Position numbers and translations under genes: made by a program. Positions 30,353 through 41,188 of a DNA stretch of 64,000 bases are shown piece by piece. The DNA is from a virus: the IMG/VR virus record IMGVR_UViG_3300036766_000889. The stretch is one strand, 5' to 3'. The stretch's first letter is position 1; every line of letters begins with the position of its first letter. A model generated the notes under the pieces. The model made no database searches. It worked only from the letters and a program-made list of their open reading frames with translations, and was not told the origin of the DNA.

Positions 30353-31122
30353 ACTGGTGTAGTCCCCCCGCCATCGTTTAAACCACGTAAGGAATTCGCA
30401 TCTTCTGTCAAAAGATCTTCCTCAGAATTCTTGTCTCCGATTCTCCCGATATCTTTCCCAAACTTGTCTTTGCTAATAACCACATTCATAGCGCCGGGGG
30501 TAAACATTTCGCCCATAACGGCGGCAATCTGGTCATCAACAGACCTATTGGCAGAACTACCTATCATTCTACTGAGGTCTCTAACTTCATTACTGAGTTG
30601 GTCAGAGTAATCGAGACATCGTTTGATCTTGAACTCCAGGTGCTCCCTCTTTCTTTTGATGACCTCGAGTTGCCAAAATTTAAGTCTCTGAACTCTCAAA
30701 CCAAGGTCACGGTCAAATCGTTGGTCACCTCTATTTCGACGTCCGTTTGAAAACACGTCAGAGTAACCGGATGTAGGACCCCCGTCAATGTTCACACCGC
30801 GTGTCAGAAAAACAGGTTTATCTGACGTCCTCAATAACATATCTCTTTCTGGAACGCCACCAAGAATTTTGTAAGCTTGAATAAGCTTAGCGCCATAACT
30901 ATTCGGAGGGTTACATGAAAAACTCAGCGGGTCATTGTTGTCGTCATATATCGTTTCAAATATACCATTCATCCCAAGCTGACGATTGAGCCAGTTTATT
31001 CTATCCTTGATGTCTTGGTCTTGGATCTTGGAAAAGTCGACAAGTTCGTCAAACTGCCCAGTAGTAAAGGTTCCAAAGAAATTAAAACTAATAACCCACC
31101 TCGATCTTTCTCTGGTGGACAC
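30349..31122 (-). CDS. Hypothetical baseplate-region protein; start probably GTG 31122 or ATT 31092, not 31275
   Basis: GGAGG-5nt-GTG and GAGGT-5nt-ATT are both in frame; the extension to 31275 overlaps the HNH gene. Confidence 0.65.
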   Translation of the reverse strand: MSTRERSRWVISFNFFGTFTTGQFDELVDFSKIQDQDIKDRINWLNRQLGMNGIFETIYDDNNDPLSFSCNPPNSYGAKLIQAYKILGGVPERDMLLRTSDKPVFLTRGVNIDGGPTSGYSDVFSNGRRNRGDQRFDRDLGLRVQRLKFWQLEVIKRKREHLEFKIKRCLDYSDQLSNEVRDLSRMIGSSANRSVDDQIAAVMGEMFTPGAMNVVISKDKFGKDIGRIGDKNSEEDLLTEDANSLRGLNDGGGTTPV

Positions 31123-31771
31123 ATACTCCTCCACCAAGATATTTGCTGAAGTTACAATTCCAACAAAGTAATTGAAATAAAGACATATCGATTTTCTTAT
31201 CAAGAATAAGTTTATAAAGGTCTGCTCCACCTCTCGGCCCAAGGCAAGAAGAACCATCATTATTAATATGATCAACTGTCAGTCGGAAAATTCCGGTGTC
31301 TTCACAGCATTTACATATACCACCCAGAAAATTTATCACTTCCAGACGTATCTCAATGCTTTTGATACGACGGTTTTCATTTCGCCGTGTAGATGATGAA
31401 TGTTTCGGCCGAGTCATTTCTATTTCATCATTGCAATTCCGACATAGTATCCTGTACCTAGACCTACACTCCGGATTTTTAAGTATAAACTTCTTTATTT
31501 GATCAGGATGTTTTGACTGACGTTCAATTGAACCATCACCATCAACATGGTCTACTGTCAAAAATTCACGTTCTGTAATTCCACAAATATCACACTTCGC
31601 ACCAAGTAATTCAATACATTTATTACGAATTGATTGATTATAAAGACGCAAACGAATAGCAGAACAATCAGCACATACTGGTCGAGTAGGTCTAGTACGC
31701 GAATATTTATGAAATCCACATAACGGATCAAAACGAGAACAAGAACCACACGTTTTTTGTTCTCGTATCAT
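31088..31771 (-). CDS. Tandem double-HNH endonuclease
   Basis: CDIC..LTVDHVDGDG..LCRNCN and CKCC..LTVDHINNDG..LCWNCN; N-terminal CxxC pair. Confidence 0.85.
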   Translation of the reverse strand: MIREQKTCGSCSRFDPLCGFHKYSRTRPTRPVCADCSAIRLRLYNQSIRNKCIELLGAKCDICGITEREFLTVDHVDGDGSIERQSKHPDQIKKFILKNPECRSRYRILCRNCNDEIEMTRPKHSSSTRRNENRRIKSIEIRLEVINFLGGICKCCEDTGIFRLTVDHINNDGSSCLGPRGGADLYKLILDKKIDMSLFQLLCWNCNFSKYLGGGVCVHQRKIEVGY

Positions 31772-31801
31772 AAATTGTGGTCATTAACACTTAACACGTG
31801 T

Positions 31802-33961
31802 TCAAGCCCATCCGCCGCCAAGAATGAAACCCAACGCTTTAAAAGCTCCTAAAAACGCAGGACCGGGACCACCAGCACATAAAACTATTCCGGAGTGAAG
31901 TCCAAAAGGGGAACTACCGGGTTTGTTGTCCGATGTCATAATGGCTGATGCAAGACCAGCAGAGGAGTCTCCCGTGGTAAACAATATAGAAACAGACACT
32001 TCTATATTCAGAAGGTCTATCAAATCAATAATAGCGACTATGAAATTTTCAAGTTGTTGAATTTTTGAGATTATGTTTTCAATTATGGCAATGATGTCTT
32101 TAATTACTGAGTCGAGAGCCTTTAGAAGATCTTCGATAAACCTCAAAAAATCATTCAAAAATGGTGTGAGAGCAGGAAATATATCCCCGATTGTTAACGA
32201 ATACCATTGTAAATAATCCGGACTAGAGGTACTTGTACCTATTGCTAAGCGAAGGAAATTCGCTAATGCTTGTCTTTGATCTTTACTAATGGCAACTTCA
32301 TCTTTACCGAACTTGATGCGTTTGATCGGATATGGACCATCAAAAGGTCCGCCATTTTTATAAGTTGATTCCTTACCAAGATAGTTATTTATCTTTGAAA
32401 CAACCGACGGCGTTATACCACTTTTTATTCCAACAAGACCCCATTTGAACTCAGATTCCAGAACCGTATGTACGGTTTCAGCAACACCATCATTCCATTT
32501 TTCTGCCATCATATCCAAAAGTTCAGGCTTTGAATTAGATGATGATGCCACTATATCTGATAAATGACGAGCTGCCCATTTAAAAAAGACCGCATCTCTT
32601 ATTGATGACGAGTTACTATAAGCTCCTTTGAGCGGAGCCACTTGACCAGATAACAACCCAAGACTTCCCCACCCTGTTTTTTGTTCAACTATATCTTCAG
32701 ATTCGTCACCAGTAGCAGCCGGGAATTCAAAATTGAGAAGAAGTCCTGCTTTAACAGCATCGTAGACGTGCTTGTAAACATTAAAACTGTGTACACCAGC
32801 GTTAGGTCGAGGACAGTATCCACGAACCGGTGTGCTGGCGTCTCCCATAACCACGCCTTTTCCGTAGTTAATGCGAGGAATGCCGTTCTCATATTTAATT
32901 AGTCTACTTTTTATTACGTCATCAACCGTTTTCGAGTCGAGATAATCTTTCGGATCTCCAAAATACGCTCGAATTCTATACCAATAGTTTTTCCCAGCAA
33001 CAAGAGCGTCGTCGTCGTCAACATAACGATAGGTTCCAGAAAGTTGACCACGAATAAGACTCAACTCAGTTGACATTTTGAATTTATCAGAGAAATGTTT
33101 ATATGCATTTCCATTAAATTCTTTTAACTCTGCTTTTTGAACTGGCTGAGGGAAATTGAACTTTTCTATAGTTGATTTTACAGAAGATCCATACATCAGA
33201 CCCTTTATCGGAATTAGAACTTCTTCTCCTGTAGCAAAATCAGATCTTTCGATTATGAAATTTGGAAATGTGAACGAATTTACGAAATTCGTTAGTGAGT
33301 TAACGAATGTCGGCCCGACTGCTGAAGATGGCTTTGAAGGCATCTTCCATTCGAGAGATATTTTCTTATCAAGGTCTTGTGTGAACGTGTCTTCAAAAGA
33401 TTGAACAATTTGAGCTAGTCCATCAGACCCTTTAAATATTGGTGAAGTTTTGACACTAACAGGAGCGGGTAAACCGGTTAGTGATTTCGGATGACGAAGA
33501 AGAGAAAGAAGAGCCATGAGTTGAGCCATCAAGTCTCCCGGAGACTCAACGCCGATATAAAAAACAAGCATTCCGGCGAAAGAACCGGAAGGATACTGTG
33601 GACGGAAAATATCGGTGTTGTCAAAGAATTTTGAAACAACCTTCGTTTCGAATTCCGTATAACCACCGGATACTGACTGGATCGTTGCTTCAAAATCTCC
33701 GGCTGAAAAGTCCGGATGAACAAGGAGAACGGCTATTCCTGATGATTCGATCTGATTAATGATCGTTCGAATCGCAGCTAAAAGAATTGCGATCAGGGCT
33801 TTTATCGGACTCAAGAAATCTATTAAGAATGTCTTGAGTAACGCAATCAAAGCTTCGAGAATAGCCTCTACTGTTTGAAGTATCGATAAAGCCCCCTGCA
33901 GAGGTGGCTTAAGTGGCTCAAATGGTGCAAATTTGAACTGAATGCTAGACCAAGTGCTCAT
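31802..33961 (-). CDS. Virion/baseplate protein, 719 aa, with helical ends and an FN3-like middle
   Basis: Amphipathic helical termini; Y.DD...AGKNYWYRIRA. Confidence 0.65.
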   Translation of the reverse strand: MSTWSSIQFKFAPFEPLKPPLQGALSILQTVEAILEALIALLKTFLIDFLSPIKALIAILLAAIRTIINQIESSGIAVLLVHPDFSAGDFEATIQSVSGGYTEFETKVVSKFFDNTDIFRPQYPSGSFAGMLVFYIGVESPGDLMAQLMALLSLLRHPKSLTGLPAPVSVKTSPIFKGSDGLAQIVQSFEDTFTQDLDKKISLEWKMPSKPSSAVGPTFVNSLTNFVNSFTFPNFIIERSDFATGEEVLIPIKGLMYGSSVKSTIEKFNFPQPVQKAELKEFNGNAYKHFSDKFKMSTELSLIRGQLSGTYRYVDDDDALVAGKNYWYRIRAYFGDPKDYLDSKTVDDVIKSRLIKYENGIPRINYGKGVVMGDASTPVRGYCPRPNAGVHSFNVYKHVYDAVKAGLLLNFEFPAATGDESEDIVEQKTGWGSLGLLSGQVAPLKGAYSNSSSIRDAVFFKWAARHLSDIVASSSNSKPELLDMMAEKWNDGVAETVHTVLESEFKWGLVGIKSGITPSVVSKINNYLGKESTYKNGGPFDGPYPIKRIKFGKDEVAISKDQRQALANFLRLAIGTSTSSPDYLQWYSLTIGDIFPALTPFLNDFLRFIEDLLKALDSVIKDIIAIIENIISKIQQLENFIVAIIDLIDLLNIEVSVSILFTTGDSSAGLASAIMTSDNKPGSSPFGLHSGIVLCAGGPGPAFLGAFKALGFILGGGWA

Positions 33962-34029
33962 AACTACCCCGCATTGCGTTCAAAAGAATGCAAAAACAAA
34001 AATTCAATAATGTGTTAAACGGGTATATG

Positions 34030-34215
34030 TTATTTCTTTCTTTGAATAGAATCTCTAGCGCCTACCATTTGTGCTAGTTTTGCTTTCTCGTGGTTTATTT
34101 GTTTTTGTATCGCGAGTTTAAGAACTTCTAGATGAGGAACAAACTTTCTAAAGTTTACTTGTTGGTCGTGTTGCCAAGACCCATCGGTTGACTTCTTCTT
34201 TTCTTCTTCCGTCAT
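34030..34215 (-). CDS. Small hypothetical protein, 61 aa
   Basis: ATGA overlap with the upstream gene; coiled-coil-like. Confidence 0.6.
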   Translation of the reverse strand: MTEEEKKKSTDGSWQHDQQVNFRKFVPHLEVLKLAIQKQINHEKAKLAQMVGARDSIQRKK

Positions 34216-37200
34216 AGAGCTAGACTTTCAGCAATTAGAAGTTTCCTCTGATTTGAAATAAGTTTTCCAGTGTTCTCTTCTCTCTGAGATTTTGACTGAT
34301 TCCTTTTAGAAATTGTTCCATCCTTCTTGTCTGTTCTTTGTTGAATCCATAAGTATCTAACATCATAAAGTTCATCTTCTACAGATAAGAGATCAGATAC
34401 TTGACTTATAAAATCCGCGACATAAGTTATTCGTGCTCCAACAGTACTAATTCTACTAGAAACCCCACCGAGTGTAGGTGAAGAATACCACGCAAGTGTG
34501 GAATTGTAGAAAGCGATGGTCTTTGACAAAAATTCAACACATGCTTGTGGTTCTCTTTCAGAAACAAACGACCAAGGTTGTATGACGATGTACGGGGTGG
34601 AAGAACCAATTGATGGAAATGCCGCATAAGGAAATTCAGTTGAAATTGTAATAGTATTAATTGTAGAAGAAACGATCTTATATAACCCACGGTTTGAACC
34701 GCTCGATACATACAAAACGCTAGAAGAACTAAAAGGCGGAAATATTGAAGTAAAATTACCTGACGGATCACTAAGGACGGTCGGGGAAGATGCTACGCCA
34801 GTACCGGAAGCACGTTGTTGACCAAGGCTTAAAATTATCTGATCTACGCTAATAAGTTCAGAGTTAACGTTGCCGATAAGAGCAGGTGGAACTGCAAAGG
34901 ATTCCACGAAATTGTTAAGAACTCCGAGTTCTAAAGAATACAAATTGACGAAAGAATCGTTTTGTGATTGATGCACCACAAAATCACTGCCGATCGTGTC
35001 AATTTGCAAAACAAGTGGTGGATGCACGACAACAGCCGTCGTAGGAGTCGGAGTCGGAGTCGATGCTATTTGAACTTTTTTCCCAATATTTGGACCATTA
35101 ACAAACTCTATGTAGGATCCGGCAATGAGTTGAAAAGTCGTATTAGTGACCGTAAACAAGTCAACAGCGACTCTGGCGTTACCAACCCCACTCAAAAGCA
35201 ACAACTCATCTGATAACAAGCTAGTCTCAGAGGGTCTAAACAGCGGAGGAACCGACGGACGTCCGGAATCTGTTAGAACACTTCCATCTAGAACAGGGAT
35301 ACGTCTTGGAGCGATATCGGTGTTAGAAAACGTGACATCAGATTGAATGATTTCACTTCCCATAACCGGAGTTTGTATAGAGCTAAACGGAGGAGGTAGA
35401 GAAAAATTCTTAATGTTTCCATTTTTAAAATTGACATTCAAATCTCTTCCTACCGAGTAATAACTTTTCTTGAGTTCTTGAACGATACTACCAGCACGAA
35501 GAGATGTTGGTGTGTCAATTTCAACATAAATAGTAATAACAGATAATAATGAAATTGATGTGACAGATAAAATTGTAGCAGAAATTTCCAATGAACCATT
35601 CGGAGTATAAACATCGACAGGACCCGGTACGAATTCCGGTATCAGATTATCAGGATCACCATTTTGTGGGATTATGAGAGTCGTCCCACCGTTAGTCGTG
35701 GTAAACAATGAAAAAGACGGAGCTGAAGACATGGCTCCAACTCCTGTCAGATGCGGAACCATAAGACTCCCCATTTGTTTTTTAAAATTACCAACACCTA
35801 TATTGTCATTAAGCGCGGCAACAACCAGTGTTCCTATAGGAAAGATTCTTGACAACTCATTTGGCTCGTACATGTAAGAATAGACAGGAACCTCTTTAAA
35901 ATCAAAAAATCCAGTTAAAACAAGGTCTACGTAAATTAGAGCACTGTCGTCTATGTCGTTCGTGATTTCACCATAAGAGGAAGCTACAGGATTGGAAAGA
36001 TTACCGTCAAATCTAAACTTACCAGATATTCCACCGACTACGCGTCCATCTAGGTCAGATAAAATATCTTCCCAAGAGTTAATAAGGTCGTTGTAAAACT
36101 TGAGTAGTCTTGATATAACAACGTCAACATTTGACATATGTTGTTCATTGAAGTACAGACTTGGGTTACCCATATCCTTTAACTTCAGTGAGCTTTTGCT
36201 TTCAATATTTGGACCAGAAGAAGCCCCGGTCGTTAGAGATCCTTTCAGTTCATCAACTACTTCAGGAATGAATGTTACTATAGATTCGCGACGAAAGAAA
36301 AATGTGTCCGGAGAATATAAGTTATAATTTAAAACAAGCTTTTGACCCTGAATCCCATTTGTTTGGGTAGGGGCAATCTGAGAAGAGTAGTTAAAAGTAA
36401 ATGTAGTTCCAGCCGGTTTAACGACACTGTAAACATACATGGCTTCAAGTATGTCTCCATATCCAACTTCAGACAATAAAGTAACCAAACCTCCTTCAGA
36501 AACGTTAAAGTCAACACCTTTCTGAAGAACGGCAGGCGTTGGCCCGTCTTTTACGAGTGTGAATGGATAAGACTTAATGCTTGCTGGTTTATTTGTTTGA
36601 AATTTTCCGCCAGGCTCAAGAACTGGACGAATTGTATACCTAAGTCCTGCAAGTATGTAATTTCTTGTGGAAGGACTTGCAATAACAACATCCGTGTTTC
36701 CAGTTTTCTGATTAAATGAAACAGATATTGATTTGTAAGGATCTCCATCAATAAAAAATATCATTCCTTGTATATATGACTTTTTTCCAGACACAGAAAT
36801 GATGTTACCGCCTTTTGTGACGGTATCAACCATTGAAGTTTCAGTAACAAGATAATTTTCAAAATCAGATATTGGTCCAGTAACAAGCATTTTAGCGTTA
36901 GTTACAGTAACATCAGGAGCAGGGAAAAACACGACTGTGGTTGAATCAGTTACACTATTATATAAAACTGATTGAATTGAAAAAACTTGTATATCAGACG
37001 CGAGAACAGCACCACCTTGGACAAGAATAGAGGTTTGGTTACCATTGAATATAGATGGAGGTGCTATTCCAATATCATTTGAATCGAGAGCATCATATGG
37101 AGAAGCAATAGCATCTCTCCCAAGAATTACAGGATAGTCAACGTCTATGGGTGCGTACGGAAGTGTGAAATTAGACTCTCCTCCAGTTGCTTCAGCTACG

Positions 37201-39638
37201 TAATAATCAATGATAACAAGAGGGGCAGTACCGTCAATTCCAAGAGGAGCATTCATCACCAGAGTGTCAGGAAATAAGAATGAATAACTCGATGGATCTG
37301 CAGTTACATTTTCAACGTACACAGTTATCGGTGTGGCGGGAGAAACGATTACCGTATTATGAGAAGGGTTGAATTTCACACTAGAAGAGTTTACGGTAAC
37401 AATTCCTTGTTCTTGACGAACCTTAAACGTAGCGAAATCAGTCTTTGGTGTGGGAACAACAGTGACACCATTGTCCGTTGACTGTTGCCACACATAATCA
37501 ACCTTATATTTATCTCCAGGCTTGGCGGAAGAAACTAAGTTAATCTGTCCGATTGATTGAATCGTACTAAATTCATCATCATCTAATTTCAAAAATTCTT
37601 GATCATCAGTACCTTTTCGATAAACTGATATCTTTTTTAATGGCGGAGAAAATTTCGTCCAAAATCTGTCAGCAACAATTTCTCTATCGGTTCTTATATC
37701 GACAGAAAAAGTTCCTGACGACCTAAACGGAGAATTTACAAGAACTGTTTTTGAATCAAGAACGTCAGTTATTTTGTATAAACCAACATTCGGACCAGAG
37801 TTAAAGAAAACAAAATACCCTATGACTCGTGAATCAAATACTGATGTCTGAGAAATAAATGTTTTTGGTAGTTGAACCGTTCCAGAAACGTTAAGAATAT
37901 TGTTTGGATCATCTTCCCCGATACCTGACACGAATTCAATTAAACCACTATCCTGATCAAAATCGAAGTCGACACCGGGTATGATGGCAGATCCATCAAT
38001 AGATATCTCTAAACCGTCACTAATTACCATCGTCTCAGAAAGTTTTACAGAAGACGATGGAGATGGTATAACAAATTCCAGGTTTCTACGAGCACTGAAC
38101 TTCAATTGTTTTTTGTCTAAATCTAAAAGATACCCGAATCCTTGAAGTAAAGGATTGGTTCCATCAGACAAATCACCAACCAACGTGCTACTACTGCCAG
38201 ATGCCTGAGCTATAGATACTACTAAATCAGAGTCAATAGTAGGAATTGTAGGAAGAATGACAAGTGGTGATTGCGATATACCATCGCTAACAACTTGTTC
38301 AGACACTTTATATATCTCGGTGAAATCAGATTTTATCGTAAAACCAGTTCCGTTAACGCCACTTCGAAAAACTTGTATGGATGCACCGTGCTCCATTTGT
38401 AAGAGTGTGTCTACATAAAAAAGAGTCGTGGATTGGAATTTTTTGGCATCTTTTCGTGACATGTAGACTGACCCGGTAAAAGAGTCTACAACCACAAATC
38501 CTGATTTTGGTTTAGGAAAAGTTCCTAAAGATAAAGAGTTACCAACGACAACTTGAAAATAATACCGTCTAGTGTCTCCAATTGGAGTGAGAAAAAATGA
38601 AAATCTCGTAGCAGCTACAGACCCCCAAGAAGATGAATCCTTCGGGTCAAGTATCGGGTTGAAACCAGGATCGAGTAAACCGGCAAAATCATTAGAAGAC
38701 CCAACAAGTACAGGCGTACTATTCGGAATTTGAATAGAAACGTCTACGGTTATGGTTCCAACAATCCCACGGTTTAATGAAACTCTCCCGATGATGACAC
38801 CGTCGTAATATACCGGGCTGTTTGGGTATGCATCGATATCTTGAGAAGAGAATAGAACTCTTCCAGTGTCAAGAGATAGTAAAACCGAACCAGGAGGTGG
38901 AGGAGAGAGAAGTGACTCCGTTAATACAAACAGAACGGACAAATAAGGTCTGTAACCAATACGAATTCTAGGAGTTTGTCCAGAACCAGGAATTGGGTTT
39001 AAAAATAAAAAGTGACCTTCGGACGATGAACTTGGAAGATTTCCGAATTGACCTTTCGTCTTCGACCGGTCGAAAAACCCCTGTCTTGTTAAACGAACTT
39101 TTTGACTTTTATATGCAGTGTTTTCAACATCAAGTGAATTGAAATTCAGTTCACCTTTATCGAGAGAAATTTCGACAGAACCGATAGGTGGGTTACCGAA
39201 GTCATCGGATTTACTTACAGTTATCACAGAAAACGTAACAAGCCTGACAGGGTACCCGATATAAATAGAGTATGGAGACTCAGGAGCAGTCGGATCCTGA
39301 ATCGGAGCCATGAGTCTTCCAGTATTGCTGATTACTCCAATTTCCTCCGGAGCAGCTCCGGGCAGAGTATTCCATCGTCTTGAGTATGAGTCGTAATCGA
39401 ATCTATTGACAGTCCCGTTATTTCGACTCCAATCAAAAAATAATCCCGGGTCCCCGATATCGATGCCGGATGATCCAACAGGCTGACCACCGACAAACAT
39501 TAGATAGTCAGCTCTTCCAGGTGAAGAGTTTAAAGCATCAACACTCGAGATAACACTCCTAGGTGGATACGTAAACGGGTTATTCCCGACCGCAACTTTA
39601 ACGCCTTCAAGAAGAAATCCTGATATGTCTAATGTCAT
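34212..39638 (-). CDS. Giant baseplate-associated structural protein, 1808 aa
   Basis: Beta-rich long ORF; repeated SG.N.G.YKI and G.DF...G.I motifs. Confidence 0.7.
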   Translation of the reverse strand: MTLDISGFLLEGVKVAVGNNPFTYPPRSVISSVDALNSSPGRADYLMFVGGQPVGSSGIDIGDPGLFFDWSRNNGTVNRFDYDSYSRRWNTLPGAAPEEIGVISNTGRLMAPIQDPTAPESPYSIYIGYPVRLVTFSVITVSKSDDFGNPPIGSVEISLDKGELNFNSLDVENTAYKSQKVRLTRQGFFDRSKTKGQFGNLPSSSSEGHFLFLNPIPGSGQTPRIRIGYRPYLSVLFVLTESLLSPPPPGSVLLSLDTGRVLFSSQDIDAYPNSPVYYDGVIIGRVSLNRGIVGTITVDVSIQIPNSTPVLVGSSNDFAGLLDPGFNPILDPKDSSSWGSVAATRFSFFLTPIGDTRRYYFQVVVGNSLSLGTFPKPKSGFVVVDSFTGSVYMSRKDAKKFQSTTLFYVDTLLQMEHGASIQVFRSGVNGTGFTIKSDFTEIYKVSEQVVSDGISQSPLVILPTIPTIDSDLVVSIAQASGSSSTLVGDLSDGTNPLLQGFGYLLDLDKKQLKFSARRNLEFVIPSPSSSVKLSETMVISDGLEISIDGSAIIPGVDFDFDQDSGLIEFVSGIGEDDPNNILNVSGTVQLPKTFISQTSVFDSRVIGYFVFFNSGPNVGLYKITDVLDSKTVLVNSPFRSSGTFSVDIRTDREIVADRFWTKFSPPLKKISVYRKGTDDQEFLKLDDDEFSTIQSIGQINLVSSAKPGDKYKVDYVWQQSTDNGVTVVPTPKTDFATFKVRQEQGIVTVNSSSVKFNPSHNTVIVSPATPITVYVENVTADPSSYSFLFPDTLVMNAPLGIDGTAPLVIIDYYVAEATGGESNFTLPYAPIDVDYPVILGRDAIASPYDALDSNDIGIAPPSIFNGNQTSILVQGGAVLASDIQVFSIQSVLYNSVTDSTTVVFFPAPDVTVTNAKMLVTGPISDFENYLVTETSMVDTVTKGGNIISVSGKKSYIQGMIFFIDGDPYKSISVSFNQKTGNTDVVIASPSTRNYILAGLRYTIRPVLEPGGKFQTNKPASIKSYPFTLVKDGPTPAVLQKGVDFNVSEGGLVTLLSEVGYGDILEAMYVYSVVKPAGTTFTFNYSSQIAPTQTNGIQGQKLVLNYNLYSPDTFFFRRESIVTFIPEVVDELKGSLTTGASSGPNIESKSSLKLKDMGNPSLYFNEQHMSNVDVVISRLLKFYNDLINSWEDILSDLDGRVVGGISGKFRFDGNLSNPVASSYGEITNDIDDSALIYVDLVLTGFFDFKEVPVYSYMYEPNELSRIFPIGTLVVAALNDNIGVGNFKKQMGSLMVPHLTGVGAMSSAPSFSLFTTTNGGTTLIIPQNGDPDNLIPEFVPGPVDVYTPNGSLEISATILSVTSISLLSVITIYVEIDTPTSLRAGSIVQELKKSYYSVGRDLNVNFKNGNIKNFSLPPPFSSIQTPVMGSEIIQSDVTFSNTDIAPRRIPVLDGSVLTDSGRPSVPPLFRPSETSLLSDELLLLSGVGNARVAVDLFTVTNTTFQLIAGSYIEFVNGPNIGKKVQIASTPTPTPTTAVVVHPPLVLQIDTIGSDFVVHQSQNDSFVNLYSLELGVLNNFVESFAVPPALIGNVNSELISVDQIILSLGQQRASGTGVASSPTVLSDPSGNFTSIFPPFSSSSVLYVSSGSNRGLYKIVSSTINTITISTEFPYAAFPSIGSSTPYIVIQPWSFVSEREPQACVEFLSKTIAFYNSTLAWYSSPTLGGVSSRISTVGARITYVADFISQVSDLLSVEDELYDVRYLWIQQRTDKKDGTISKRNQSKSQREENTGKLISNQRKLLIAESLAL

Positions 39639-39657
39639 AATGTCTAAAATCCCAAAC

Positions 39658-40554
39658 TCATACAGTATCTTTTGATCGTGTATGATTTTTAGAAGCGTTA
39701 GATACAGCCATCCTATACTCCGGATCTTGCCATTGTTTTTTAGCTATTATAGATAATTTAGTCCGATACTCAGGTATACTAGCAATTCTTTTTGATACTA
39801 AAGATCTTTTCGCTTTCGATTCTGGTGTGTTCATTGATAATTTAGCAGCTGCGGATCTTCTAGCTTTCGATTCTGGAGTATTTAGTGCGGCTCTGATAGC
39901 AGCAGACCTTTTTGCTTTCGATTCTGGTGTGTTAAGAGCTATTTTTCTGTTTATGCATGCTTGAGATGTACGAAAATATTTAACAGATTGAATTGACTTT
40001 GATACTGTAGATTTTTTCTTTTTTGATTCTGATGTGTTAGCAATTTTTTTAAATATTTTTGATAATTTAGTACGATATTCTGGTGTATTAGCAATTGCCT
40101 TCATGACTGCAGATCTTCTAGATTTAGATTCTGGAGTATTTAATGATGCTTTAGAAGCTGCTCGCGCTTGAAGCGTATGCAAATATTTAACGGATTGAGT
40201 TGCTTTAGCTATTTCGGATAGTTTAGCTCGGTATTCTAATTGATTTGAATTTAAAGCATGCTGGCCACCGAGAGCTAAATTGAAACCATTTTCAGAATTT
40301 CGCGTATCTTCTTGTTCAATTATCGTACGTTCAGTCTCATTCGCACCTTCAAGATCCCATGACTGGGCAAGAACTTTATGTTCAAATGCATCATATCCAT
40401 ACTTACGAATAGCATTTTGAAAATATGATCTTCCGCTTTTTGAATTCTTTATGTGTTCCTTCCAACGTTTTTCCATGGTATGACTAGTCAAACCGATGTA
40501 ACGACGTCCATCGGTCTTAAGAGTATGGCAGTATATCGTCCATTTTTCATGCAT
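39658..40554 (-). CDS. GIY-YIG homing endonuclease with NTPESKAKRS repeats
   Basis: WTIYCHT...GRRYIGLT; tandem ~15-aa repeats; AT-rich. Confidence 0.9.
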   Translation of the reverse strand: MHEKWTIYCHTLKTDGRRYIGLTSHTMEKRWKEHIKNSKSGRSYFQNAIRKYGYDAFEHKVLAQSWDLEGANETERTIIEQEDTRNSENGFNLALGGQHALNSNQLEYRAKLSEIAKATQSVKYLHTLQARAASKASLNTPESKSRRSAVMKAIANTPEYRTKLSKIFKKIANTSESKKKKSTVSKSIQSVKYFRTSQACINRKIALNTPESKAKRSAAIRAALNTPESKARRSAAAKLSMNTPESKAKRSLVSKRIASIPEYRTKLSIIAKKQWQDPEYRMAVSNASKNHTRSKDTV

Positions 40555-40607
40555 TTATCTGAAAACCTCTGAAGTGTCTAATGACATTATGTAACAGTCT
40601 TTCTCTT

Positions 40608-41183
40608 TCAATTAACGGTAGCAAACCCTATCCCCCCACCAGGAAGTATACTTGGCGGACCAATAATGGCAACAACTCCTTGAGCAGATGATATTGCTGA
40701 ATCCAAAGCTCCGCCTATTGCTTGACCTAAAGAAGGAATCGAAGAACCCGTCATACCTGACGATACGAGGGCAGACGTAAACAAAGTCCCTCCAGTCCCA
40801 TTAGGTATGCATTGAACTTTTCCGACACCTATGCCAACTCCAGCGTTTATCGTACTGATGTTAGCGGTCAGTAAAGAACTTGAAATTCCAAATGATATAG
40901 CCTCCGCAGTAATTGGACTAAATGGTCCAGCAATGAGAGATGCTACAAACAAACTTGACATGATTCCCGTAAGAAGTGGTCCCGGTAAAAACATACCAAG
41001 TCCAATTCCAGACCCAACACCAAGGGTACCCACATCAATGCTGATAACGGTACACCCACCAGTCATATATAACTGAAGACCAGTGGCGCAACCAACAGCG
41101 AGTTGCGACATACCAACGCCAGTCATCCCGTGAGAAATGAAAAAACCTTCAAAGATCGGAACGGTAGGTGGACCGAGAGCCAT
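40608..41183 (-). CDS. Gly-rich spike-adjacent structural protein, 191 aa
   Basis: Immediately downstream of the spike gene; internal D/N.G.G.G.G repeats. Confidence 0.6.
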   Translation of the reverse strand: MALGPPTVPIFEGFFISHGMTGVGMSQLAVGCATGLQLYMTGGCTVISIDVGTLGVGSGIGLGMFLPGPLLTGIMSSLFVASLIAGPFSPITAEAISFGISSSLLTANISTINAGVGIGVGKVQCIPNGTGGTLFTSALVSSGMTGSSIPSLGQAIGGALDSAISSAQGVVAIIGPPSILPGGGIGFATVN

Positions 41184-41188
41184 CCTTA

